A stretch of DNA of 64,000 nt from the NCBI GenBank assembly GCA_032718475.1, contig JAUCBJ010006281.1:1-64000 (forward strand), in the 5' to 3' direction. The notes under the pieces were generated by a model. The model worked only from the letters and a program-made list of their open reading frames with translations, did no database searches and had not been told where the DNA came from. The position numbers and the translations under genes were made by a program. Every line of letters begins with the position of its first letter. Position 1 is the stretch's first letter. Below are positions 11,054 to 22,020 of this stretch, in pieces. Source of the stretch: Nemertoderma westbladi (taxonomy: Eukaryota; Animalia; Xenacoelomorpha).

Positions 11054-12844
11054 AGTTGATGCTTTGCAGTATACATGAATTGAATATACATACACATACA
11101 TATACATGATATGTTTCACACTCTGGTCAACTTGAATGTGGGGTATGGGAAATCTATTACCATCCACTTTTGTTTTTTAGTTAACTTACTGTAACTATGT
11201 GCTTGATATTAATGTTAGTGTCAGCTCATCACGTTAGGCTGTATAACGTGTGGGTGGTGGGTGGCTTATCGAAAAAATTGCAACATAAGTCCGAAAATGT
11301 TTTTGTGAGTAACTATGGGTGTAGAGGAACATTTCCCCATGCTCCACAAAATATTTGTAGTGGAATAAATTTTACACTGAACTTTCTCACATCAAATTCT
11401 AAATTTTGGTAATTAGAAGTAGTATAAAATTTTTTAATATATCAAAAATTGCCTCACATGTTAAGGTAACTGATGCAAAAAATTAATTATACAATTGCAC
11501 TGCACTGCAAGGAATTTTAATAATTTCTATTAATTTTAGCTGATATGTTCTTATAATATAATTGTGATGTTTGTATTGATTTTTTAGGCGTAATTTATTT
11601 ATTAGTGATATATCAAATCATTTTTTGGGGAACAAAGTTTCAGATTGACAAATCTGATCAGCTGGGTTAAATTCCCTCGTTTAGTCGATAATTAGTGTTA
11701 CTAATCCTAATTTTCATATATTGTAACAGCCAAATGGTAATAAAACTGATTAAATGATTAGACACATTTTGTTGCTCTGGAAACTAAATTGGTAAGTAAC
11801 TATGCGGAAGTGCATAGTCCAGCCAATATATAGTCATTGAGATTTAACTAGAGTTTGTTTTCATCAAATTTTGGAAATATCTCACCAATAGTTGCCTTGT
11901 TGCCATGTAGAATCCATGATACTTAGGAACGAAACATGAAATTAAAAGTGCTAATATGGTCTGATTTTTGGAGCATGGGATCATCTATAAACTTAAAGGT
12001 ACTTACACTAAAAATTTTGGAACATTTTTCTGTCGCTAAGCCACTACTTCACTGTAGTAGTGACACTAATGTGTGGAAATATTGTTTATCCTATTGTCAA
12101 TAACAATTGTCTATTTTTATTGACTATTAAGTAGCACAAATGTTAGAAATTAAATTAGTCTAATGTCAGTGTTTATTGTTATTACCAATTATTTGTTTAT
12201 TGGCAAATTTATTTTTTGGTTTATTCTATTGTCATCTCTAAACGGTCGTCCACGTCCAACTAGACAAAATGGGGGCAACTATTTACATCAAATGATTGTA
12301 CAAAATTTGTATGTTCTTCCTGACTTTTTTACAATCATAGGTCATCTAATGGAATTACAACAAGATTTCGGAGAAATTGCAATACTCATGGAGAATCGGA
12401 AAGCCTGGAAAGATATAATCTCCACTGCGCAGCACGTATTTGCATAATGCGTGCGTCCAGTTTGCAGTGATGGGACTAGCTACTATATGTAAATCATTGT
12501 TTAACGTGTAAGACTGTATTCCATATGTAAAAACGTCCTATAGAAGACATTTTCGAGAAACGAGCAAAGAAAATATGGCGACAGTGTTCAGTGAAACTGA
12601 GCGAATGGACACAGACGGTGACTCAGTTTGCTTTAGTCGACCATGGATCAAAGATTTATCACATCCATGCAGGAGATAACAACAATAAACTTTAATTAGA
12701 TATAAATGTATAGCACTGGTACCAGTTAATAATTTGCACTTATATTCGAAATAGTACATATTAAAATGTTCAAATGAGCATCCATAAAATCCTTTCTTCA
12801 CATACCGAACACTGATAAGTTGACAATGTCACAAAATTATATAT

Positions 12845-12990
12845 ATCATTGCTTGCAAAGGTCACTTTTCAGCCAGCGTTAAAGACCCTTGTTTATTTAT
12901 GTAAACCTCCCTCGCTGCGCTCACTCTGTACATAAATAAACTCGGGTCCTAACACTGCAAAGTGCTACTTTCCACACAATAATGTAAATA
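12845..12990. repeat. Palindromic non-autonomous element end with central CTCGCTGCGCTC
   Basis: GACCCTTGTTTATTTATGTA ... TACATAAATAAACTCGGGTC arms around the motif, with weaker outer arms; similar in style to CCTCGGCTTCGCCTCG near 43253. Confidence 0.5.
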
Positions 12991-13695
12991 GTTATTACAT
13001 ACTTTCATATTAGTTCTTATTTTAAATAAAAAAAATCCTGTGTCTATCATAACTATTTTAAAATAGCTATCCTATGGTAGTGCGAAATAATTACGAATAA
13101 CCATAGCAATGGAAGTTTTCCCTCTAATACACTAAATTCTTACTTGGCTAATTGCAAAATTAAGTCCACTTACTATACATAACAAGGATTTCCATTGCAA
13201 CCATAAAGTCGGTCTTTCTCAGCAATAACATCATCAATGGCAATCGTTCCATAGCAATTGTAAGTTATGCATGGCAAATGTGAGATTTACATATCCACAG
13301 CGAATTGAACAATGAACATATCAATAGGGAGCATATCATATTAACACCGCGTTTTTCAATGAGACAATATTTCCTTAGCAATGTTGGATTTTGTATAGAT
13401 ATTCGGAATTTATCGAAGCAACATTGTCTTTGACTCTACCTCCAATCCAGGATGCACTCACTGCTATAACAGACAAAGCGTGTTAATAAGGTAGGAAATA
13501 TGGTGCCCTAAGATTGATCAGTGTGTACCTACACACAATCACATATGTGTGGCATAACATGTGAGCACAAAAAGGCAAAAGGAAGTGTACAGAAATATGC
13601 AAATGTTATAAAATTGGAATAAATTTTGAAGCGAATGCTTAAAGAAATGTTAATATTAATTGCTACTTTTATAATTTATATTAATATTAATTATT

Positions 13696-16100
13696 AATAG
13701 AAATGGTTACTTACTTTTAGACCTAATGGAAGAATGTGAATTGATACCAACCAACAACACTTTCGAAAAAATTCGGGAAAGCTATGGACCTTTCAATACC
13801 CTAATGGAACCAAAGCACAACATCTTATAAACAAAAAGTGGAGAAACAGCATGATCAACTGTGAGGCATACAGCTCATTCAACCTAATTGGTTCGGACCA
13901 CAGAATTGTGACTGCAGAGATCAGACTCAGTTTGAGAGCCAGCAAACCCAGGACAAGCAAGCAAATCAACTATGACTGGGAGAAACTCCGAACTGACAAC
14001 GCAGTAAAGGATGTTCAAAACCGTTCAAAACCGCTTTGAAGCACTTCAGTCAATGGATGAAGACCAGTCCACCGATTCAATATACCAGAATATAATAACA
14101 GCCCACAAGGAATCAGCTAGGAGGCATATCCCCCAGAAACCCAAACGAAAACAGTATGTGCCATGGCAAAATCTGAGGTTACTTTAAGAGAGAAGATCTT
14201 AAGATTGCCTACAAAGTTAAAACCGAACAACCAACAACAGAAAACATTAACAAGGTTGAGAAAGCTAAGGATGATCTTAAATTGGCCTACAACAACATCA
14301 GCCAGGAAAAGTACATACAGGATAAAATTGAAGCAATTACAACTGCTCACATACAGCAACAATCAAGACTTACCTGGCAAACTGTAAATGAGGTATCTAC
14401 CTGGCAAACTGTAAGAGGTATCTGGTCGGAAAAGTTGTGCAAAGGGGCGCCTCAAAGCCGATAGTCCTGAAGAACGTGTTGGGAAGTGGAAAAATCACTT
14501 CAGCAACTTGCTTGGGCAGCTACCAAACATCGAGGTCAGCGAGCCCTACAAGGAAAATGTATGACAAGATACTACCTATAGAAACAGGGGACTTCACACC
14601 TGCCAAACTCCCAAGAAGCATTAAAAGCATGTCCAATAATAAAGCTAGTGGATTAGATGAAATCCCAGCAGAGGTATGGAAAACCGGAGTGCTAAACAGA
14701 CCATTATTGAATGTTTGCAACCGGATGTTAAAAGGGGAAAAGCCACCACCAATTTGGACTAAATGTCAACTAAAGCCTCTCCCCAAGAAAGGAGACCTCG
14801 GTATACCAACAAACTATCGTGGGATCTGTCTGCTTGTGGTAGCTGCCAAAATATACAATAAAATGATTCTATATAGGATTAGGCCTCACATAGAGAAACT
14901 ACTGCCCCAGAGCCAAAACGGATTTCGACCAAGTAGATCAACAATAGCTCAGATACTTGCACTACGGAGACTGATTGAAGGAATTAAGTCAAAGAATCTC
15001 CCCGCAGTCATGACTTTTGTGGACTTCAAGAAGGCATTCGACTCCATCCATAGAGGTAAAATGTTTGAAATCCTAAGAGCTTATGGAATACCAAAAGTAA
15101 TTGTTGCTGGCATTGGATTATTATATTGTGACACAGAAGCGCAGGTACTCTCACCAGCTGGTGAAACTGAGTTTTTCTCAATCCTGGCTGGGGTACTGCA
15201 AGGTGACACATTAGCACCATTACTATTTGTAATTGTGCTGGATTACGCAATGAGGACAGCCACAAAGGGTGAAGACCTGGGATTCACACTTCAAGAACGC
15301 AGAATTAGTAGATATCCGGCAACTACAGTCACTGAATTGCGTGTATTTGCGGATGACATCGCCCTGCTCTCTAATACCCTAGCAGATGCACAGCTTCTAC
15401 TAAATAAAGTGGAGAGGGCTGCTAAGGAGGTTGGATTGCATATAAATGCTACCAAGACCGAATTCATGACATTTAATGTTGATGGAAACTTGACAACCAT
15501 TGACAATAATGAACTAAGGAAGGTTGACAACTTCCAGTACCTTGGATCATGGATAGAGAGTAGCAAAAAGGACATAGAAGTTAGGAAAGCAAAGGCTTGG
15601 GTAGCTTTATCAAAAATGGATACCATCTGGAAATCAGATCTCTCCAGGCACCTGAAGACTAAGTTCTTTCGAGCCACAGTGGAAAGTGTATTTTTATACG
15701 GGGGTGAGACCTGGACACTGACTAAATCACTTGAACAACGAATTGATGGTTGCTACACAAGACTACTAAGGGCAGCCCTAAACATCAGCTGGAGACAACA
15801 CATGACAAACACTGAGCTTTATGGTACAATACCACCTGTATCAACCACCCTCTGTGAACGCAGATTAAGATTCAGTGGGCACTGCTGGCGAAGTAAAGAC
15901 GAGGTCATACCAGATCTACTTTTCTGGCAACCAACTCATGGAAAGCGTAGTCGTGGACGACCGGCCATAACATATATAGATCAACTTGAAAGGGATACTG
16001 AACTTGGGAGAAACGAAATTGCGACAACTATGGAGAATCGGGAAGCCTGGAAGGATCTCATTTCCACTGTCCGAGTTCGCTCGACCTAGTAGTAGTAGTA
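13696..16100 (+). mobile_element. 5'-truncated RTE LINE, family B (APE remnant plus RT)
   Basis: APE motifs NRNG..., KLWTF, GSDHRIV (frameshifted); RT ORF; (TAG)n tail at 16087-16100. Confidence 0.95.
14437..16089 (+). CDS. RTE-clade reverse transcriptase ORF (550 aa open segment)
   Basis: NYRGICLL, QNGFR, FVDFKKAFDS, GVLQGDTLAP, FADD, FQYLGS, LRFSGHCWR. Confidence 0.92.
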   Translation: MQRGASKPIVLKNVLGSGKITSATCLGSYQTSRSASPTRKMYDKILPIETGDFTPAKLPRSIKSMSNNKASGLDEIPAEVWKTGVLNRPLLNVCNRMLKGEKPPPIWTKCQLKPLPKKGDLGIPTNYRGICLLVVAAKIYNKMILYRIRPHIEKLLPQSQNGFRPSRSTIAQILALRRLIEGIKSKNLPAVMTFVDFKKAFDSIHRGKMFEILRAYGIPKVIVAGIGLLYCDTEAQVLSPAGETEFFSILAGVLQGDTLAPLLFVIVLDYAMRTATKGEDLGFTLQERRISRYPATTVTELRVFADDIALLSNTLADAQLLLNKVERAAKEVGLHINATKTEFMTFNVDGNLTTIDNNELRKVDNFQYLGSWIESSKKDIEVRKAKAWVALSKMDTIWKSDLSRHLKTKFFRATVESVFLYGGETWTLTKSLEQRIDGCYTRLLRAALNISWRQHMTNTELYGTIPPVSTTLCERRLRFSGHCWRSKDEVIPDLLFWQPTHGKRSRGRPAITYIDQLERDTELGRNEIATTMENREAWKDLISTVRVRST

Positions 16101-16679
16101 ATATTAATTTATAATTATATTATTTGTTAAATGTAAAGCAAGTTATTAAAAAACCTTATCGTTTCAGCTGACCAGTAGGTTTCTCCTCACGAAGGAAGGC
16201 ATTCGTGAGGCATACCACCTACTTACATGCCTAACATACTTTGGCCCTTGCATATCTACTACCGCACTGGTAAGGTTGTACTTGCTTGGCATTTATTAAA
16301 TAATATAATTATCAATTAATATGTAATTTATTGTTATAGTCGAGTCAATCTTGCAAAAAACCCATAAGTTTGGATTCTATATTACCTTGGTAAATCCCAA
16401 AAAAAAGTCTAAAATTTTATTTTGCGGATCATATGTTTATTCATTGAAATTATGCGTAAATTGGCATAAAACTAGCCAAACAAAAGGAACAGTAGGGAAG
16501 AGTAAGTTGTTAATTAGTGATGTTCCAGAATAATTTATTTAATTTCACAATAAGCTGTGATTCAATGGGAAATGAGTAATATTTACACTGGCCTGATACA
16601 CATTAATTGCTATATCTCGTTAACTAGAAGTTTCAGAAAATTTTTAAATTTACAAAAAAATTATTGATATATTAATGTA

Positions 16680-17948
16680 CTACTACTAGGATCGGCATGC
16701 TGCATTGCAGCTGCATTTTTAAGAATGCTGTGCCGGCTTATCAACAAAATTGCACCGCCACAACTCCCTATCACCCATGACATTTGCTAGATCATCCGCA
16801 TCTTTAAGGCCAGTGTCCTTTGAGATGCGTCTCAAGAAAGTCATGGGCTGTCCACCATGCTTATTCACTCCATGAGGCTGCCAAAGTACAAGATTATGCA
16901 CTGGCTGGTCCTCACGGCGAAAGCAATGTCCTGCAAAGCGGAGGCGATTTTGTTCTAGTGTCAAGCTTGGGGGAACCAATGAGACACCTCCAATGTTATA
17001 TAGTGTCTGGTTGGAGATGTGTGCATTGTACTTGACACAATGAACCCGGCGTAGCATTCTTGTGAATGTGCCATCCAGAGATTTGGTGTCCTCAGCAGTT
17101 AGAGCCCAGCATGGACTCCCATAGAGGAGTACTGGAACTACTGCTGCTCTAAATAATCGGACCTTAAGTTTCCGATTATTTCTCGGTGACTTCCAAATCC
17201 TGGAAAGCCTATTCAAGGCTGCCCATGCCTTTCCCTTACGTATTCGAAGGTCCTCACCTGACTTCCGGATCCATGATCCCAGGTAACAGAAGTCGTCCAC
17301 ATGCTCAAGCATACCATCCTTTGAGCTTATGCTCATCCGATCAGAGACTTGCTGAGGACTTTCAAAGTTAACTGTCAGAATTTTGGTCTTTCTGGAGTTA
17401 ATAAAAAGACCAACACTAGAAGCAGCATGTTCTAATGAGCTGAGGAGCCGTTGGGCTCCCTCTAATGATTCTGAGAGTACTCCTAAGTCATCAGCAAAGT
17501 CTAGATCAGTTAGGTACTTGGCAGGATTTCCTCGACTTCTGGAGCCAGTAGGTGGAGTTATCATCACCCCATCATCATTATGATGATCTAAGGACATGCG
17601 TAGAACATAGTCAACCACAATAATGAACAAGAATGGTGCAAGTGTGTCTCCCTGGAGGACGCCCCATAACACTTCAAATGGTTCTGTGTCACCGTCAACA
17701 GTAGACACAAATGTTGTCGAACCATCGTATACTGATCTGATTGCTGCAATAATTTCATCAGGAATCCCATATAATGAAAGTATGCTGAACATACGTGAGC
17801 GAGAGACTGAATCAAAGGCCTTGAAGAAGTCAACAAAGATAACAGCCAGATGCCTGTCTTTCTTTTTTGATAATTCTTCCATTATCCTTCTAAGTGCCAA
17901 AATGGGCTCCATGGTCCCACGACCTTTACGGAACCCATTCTGAATCCA
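16680..17948 (-). mobile_element. 5'-truncated RTE LINE, family A, with 38-bp TSD; RT ORF 16719-17912
   Basis: FVDFFKAFDS, GVLQGDTLAP, DFADD; (TAG)n tail; identical 38-mers at 16642-16679 and 17949-17986. Confidence 0.95.
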
Positions 17949-18373
17949 TTTTAAATTTACAAAAAAATTATTGATATATTAATGTAACATTGATGCAAAA
18001 AAATTATATAATTCCTATTGCAGGGAAATGTAATAATATCCATTTCTAATTAATTTCCATTAATGTTAGCGAAGATTTTTTACATAATAAAATTGGGATT
18101 GCTGTATTGAATTCAGGTTTAATTAATTTTATTTGAAAAAGGCTCTTTTTCTCACTAATATTGGATTGTTTAATATAACGGATAGAGTCGGGCGTAAAGA
18201 AACTCCTTTATTCCTCAGTCAGTACACGATATGCATTGTCGCGCCCTGAAGTTGGCCTGTCGCTTGGTTAATAACTTTAATCCTACAGAATGGCTGTTAG
18301 CAGTACCGGACCTGGTGGTAGGCCTAAATATTTAAATATTGACATCAGGGGAGAGTGGCTGAACCAATTAATT

Positions 18374-18419
18374 AGCGCTACTGAACAGGCCTGATAGGCC
18401 GTAACGTACGTATAGCGCT
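18374..18419 (+). ncRNA. Degenerate minimal type I hammerhead ribozyme (Penelope/retrozyme type)
   Basis: Stem I AGCGCTA/TAGCGCT; core CTGAACA (for CUGANGA); stem II GGCCT-GAT-AGGCC; GTAA (for GAAA); palindromic stem III ACGTACGT; cleavage triplet GUA. Confidence 0.75.
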
Positions 18420-19724
18420 GGTTCAATCCTCGCTCCAGTGACGCACTTTCTCATTTTTTCGATTTCTGAACAGCTTATTACAATATCATTAAATATTGAC
18501 GATCTGTACGTGCTCGAAAATATGAATGAACAAGATGACGCGATGTTTCACGATGTCCTTCCTTGTTTTAGTTTAAAAATCATAATAGTTTATCATATTT
18601 CTGGGTATTTTTTGGGAATAAGTCTGATGGGCTGGGTTACATACCCCTGTTTTGTAGAGAAGTAGTGTTAATTAAGCTTCCCATTTTGTACCAGCCAAAA
18701 TGGTAGTAAAAATGTAGTAGTGCATAGTTTAATCAATCGATAATCATTGGACTAAAGTTTGTTGAAAACCCCACCAATAGTTGCCTTGTTGTTATGTAAA
18801 ATCCATAAGAAACAGGAAATTGAAGTGATCTGCATATAATATAGGATAAAAAATTGGTTTGGATGAATTGCGAATTTGTTATGGGTTGACCTCCTTTTTT
18901 GGTTAGATTAATTCGCCTATTATATAGCTATATAATTTTATAATTTTCTTTTCTGTATCAATATTTACTTATTTTGAGGAACTCACACAAGTCCTCGAGA
19001 TAGAAAAGTATGAAAACCCTACAATTCAAATTCACTTTATTTTTTCCATCCATTTTTATGCTGAGAATTGCATCTGAATAATAATATTAATAATAATAAT
19101 AATTTATTGTTACCTCCGAGTTTTACTACAGCCCACTCACTGACTTACTGTCCAACTTGTCATTGCAGTAACAGGATTAAAACAATTTATCATGAAAATT
19201 GTCCCTGTAGTAACTTATGCTCTCACCGAATTCGCCCATCTGCTATCACCAACTTTAAAGAGATAAAATAAAAAATAAAATTAACATTCTTGAAAAGCCT
19301 TCTCCAAAACTTTAAGACTTCATTTGTCAGCTTCCTCAACACTCATAATGAAACTGACTTGAATCCTGAACTTTTATCATATACTTGTCAGGTCCTAGTT
19401 TCAATTCCGCTTCATGGAAATAGCCGCGATCCAGCATAATAGGTACATCATAATTCGTACAACCTACAGAAACCGGATTTCATCATAAACTCTGCACAAC
19501 ATTAACACCGTTCCATGACCTGTTGCTTTCATGTGTCTGACACTACTGTTTCTAGTGTGCCTCACAGCATTATCATGTTTTATCTTATCGATTTAGTCCA
19601 GTCAAAATAGGGCTCAACCTCGGACAAATTGCAACAGAATTTAATTTAATATCTTCAAGACCCAAATTTTATGCTTATCAACATATCCAAAATCGGGTTG
19701 TTGGAACTTGGTTAAATAGACCAT

Positions 19725-20790
19725 TTCACCATGGCAACAGAAAGTCATACATAAATCACCCCTTTCCTATAATCCTACGGAATTCTAACCTGACCTACCC
19801 CATCCAAATCACTATCGGAGAATCCGATGGAGCACTTTTTGAAACTTACCATGACAACTATGATAATTACATGGTCGAAATTAATTGTACAGTAAATTTA
19901 TGAAATTTTGGAAACGTATCCATATTGCGTGTTCCCGCATTGCATTGAGTATTGCGTATTGTTGCAAAATTAGGAAACTCTGTAATTATATTGTCCTTAA
20001 GCATAAATGTTTTTTTCTAGATTCGGCATTGAAGTGGAAAATCAGTTGTCCTGTAACCTAGGTAATAAGAAAATATTATCACCTATAATGTTTCTTCAGT
20101 TTAAATATAGTTACTATCATTTTAAAAAGAAACCAATTCAGGATCAAGTACCTCACATGTTGCTATGTTCAGACCATAATTTGCCAGCCAATCATGTCAT
20201 TTCTTGTTGCCATGGCAACCAAAACTATTATTTAATATATGAAAATTCCATCATAAACATTTTATATCTATTTCAGATGCATATCAATATGTTACATAGT
20301 CAATATTCATAATCACAAGCGAAGTCATTATTCTGTTGTTATCATAGCAACGGGCATATTTAAGTATTTATGTATTATTTTTTAGTAACGTATTTGGTAT
20401 TTTATTTAATCATATTAAAGATTATTAAAAAATATTGTGTGGAGTCTTCTACAGTTATTTTATTTAACAAAGTCTGGATTTTTGACCATAGCAACAGGAT
20501 TTTTGATCCTAATTCGGGAGTGACTTGTTAAAATTACTCCAAATTCGGTTTAATGTACAATTCAGTATTTTGTAGCATGAGATGCTTTAGAAAATTACAA
20601 AATTATATTCGAATGACCGTAATGTACTTAGCAACGAAAGTTTTCCTTAGCAACCGGGGTCTTTTAGTACCAACATCGCGTTTTTAAAGTGATAATTTGT
20701 TTTTTATATAGTTTAAATAACAGTAGTAAGGGTTGAAAGCTTGGCAACGTTGAATTTTGTATAGCAACTACGACTTACCTTAGCAACGGG
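19725..20790. repeat. Old repeat rich in RFX X-box-like motifs
   Basis: GTTGCCATGGCAAC 20206-20219, GTTATCATAGCAAC 20338-20351, GTTTTCCTTAGCAAC 20640-20654 and several (A/T)T(A/G)GCAAC half-sites. Confidence 0.55.
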
Positions 20791-20899
20791 TAGTTTCACA
20801 AGGTAGCAGCGAGTTTTCAAATAATTACCAAGTTTTCTACATCAATGTTGAATCTTACTTATCAATGGCTTATCAAATCTTATCAATTATTTGAGGAAG

Positions 20900-21671
20900 C
20901 ACCTTAACACTCTATGGTTCTTTTCGGGGAATCTCATTGATCTCGATTGCTGCAAAGCTATACAACAGAATTCTATTAAATCGCATCTGGGATCCCATTG
21001 AGAGACTGCTCCGTGGAAATCAGAATGGGTTCCGTAAAGGTCGTGGGACCATGGAGCCCATTTTGGCACTTAGAAGGATAATTGAAGAGTTATCAAAAAA
21101 GAAAGACAGGCATCTATCTGGCTGTTATATTTGTTGACTTCTTCAAGGCCTATGATTCAGTCTCTCGCTCACATATGTTCAGCATACTTTCATTATATAG
21201 GATTCCTGATGAAATTATTGCAGCACCATTTGAAGTGTTATGGGGCGTCCTCCAGGGAGACACACTTGCACCATTCTTGTTCATAATTGTTGTTTACTAT
21301 GTTCTACGCATGTCCTTAGATCATCATAATGATGATGGGGTGATGATAACTCCACCTACTGGCTCCAGAAGTCGAGGAAATCCTGCCAAGTACCTAACTG
21401 ATCTAGACTTTGCTGATGACTTAGGAGTACTCTCAGAATCACTAGAGGGAGCCCAACGGCTCCTCAGCTCATTAGAACATGATGCTTCTAGTGTTGGTCT
21501 TTTTATTAACTCCAGAAAGACCAACATCTTAAAGAACACTGGCCTTGAAGATGCGGATGATCTAGCAAATGTCATGGGTGATAGGGAGTCGTCGTGGCGC
21601 AATTTTGTCGACAAGCCGGCACAGCATTCTTAAAAATGCAGCTGCAATGCAGCATGCCGATCCTAGTAGTA
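20900..21671 (+). mobile_element. RTE LINE family A copy with two internal deletions
   Basis: RGISLISIAAKLYN...QNGFR, FADD, DKPAQHS and TAGTAG tail; deletions near 21225 and 21525 relative to 16680-17948. Confidence 0.92.
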
Positions 21672-22020
21672 CATACGAAATAAAATAATGCCTTGGAAAT
21701 TAAAATGAAATGAAATGGAAAAAAAAGGGAAATGAAATCAGGTTGCATTAAACAGAACAGAGAGTTATGGACAAATTATATAAAACCCAATCATTCACAA
21801 ATTATAGAGAATAAAATTCCTGCAAGGACCTTCAGCTTCCATTATCTGATAAGGTCCTAAAGGAAACACAAGTTTCCGTATAAGTAAGGTTTCGCAATAT
21901 GTGCTGTGCATTCAACGCAGTGTATGAGGTTGGGTATACTAAGTAAGAGGAATACAATAACATCCGAAAGAAATGAATGTGATTGAAGGTGAAGAATATT
22001 ATGGCAATGGAAGATTGTCT

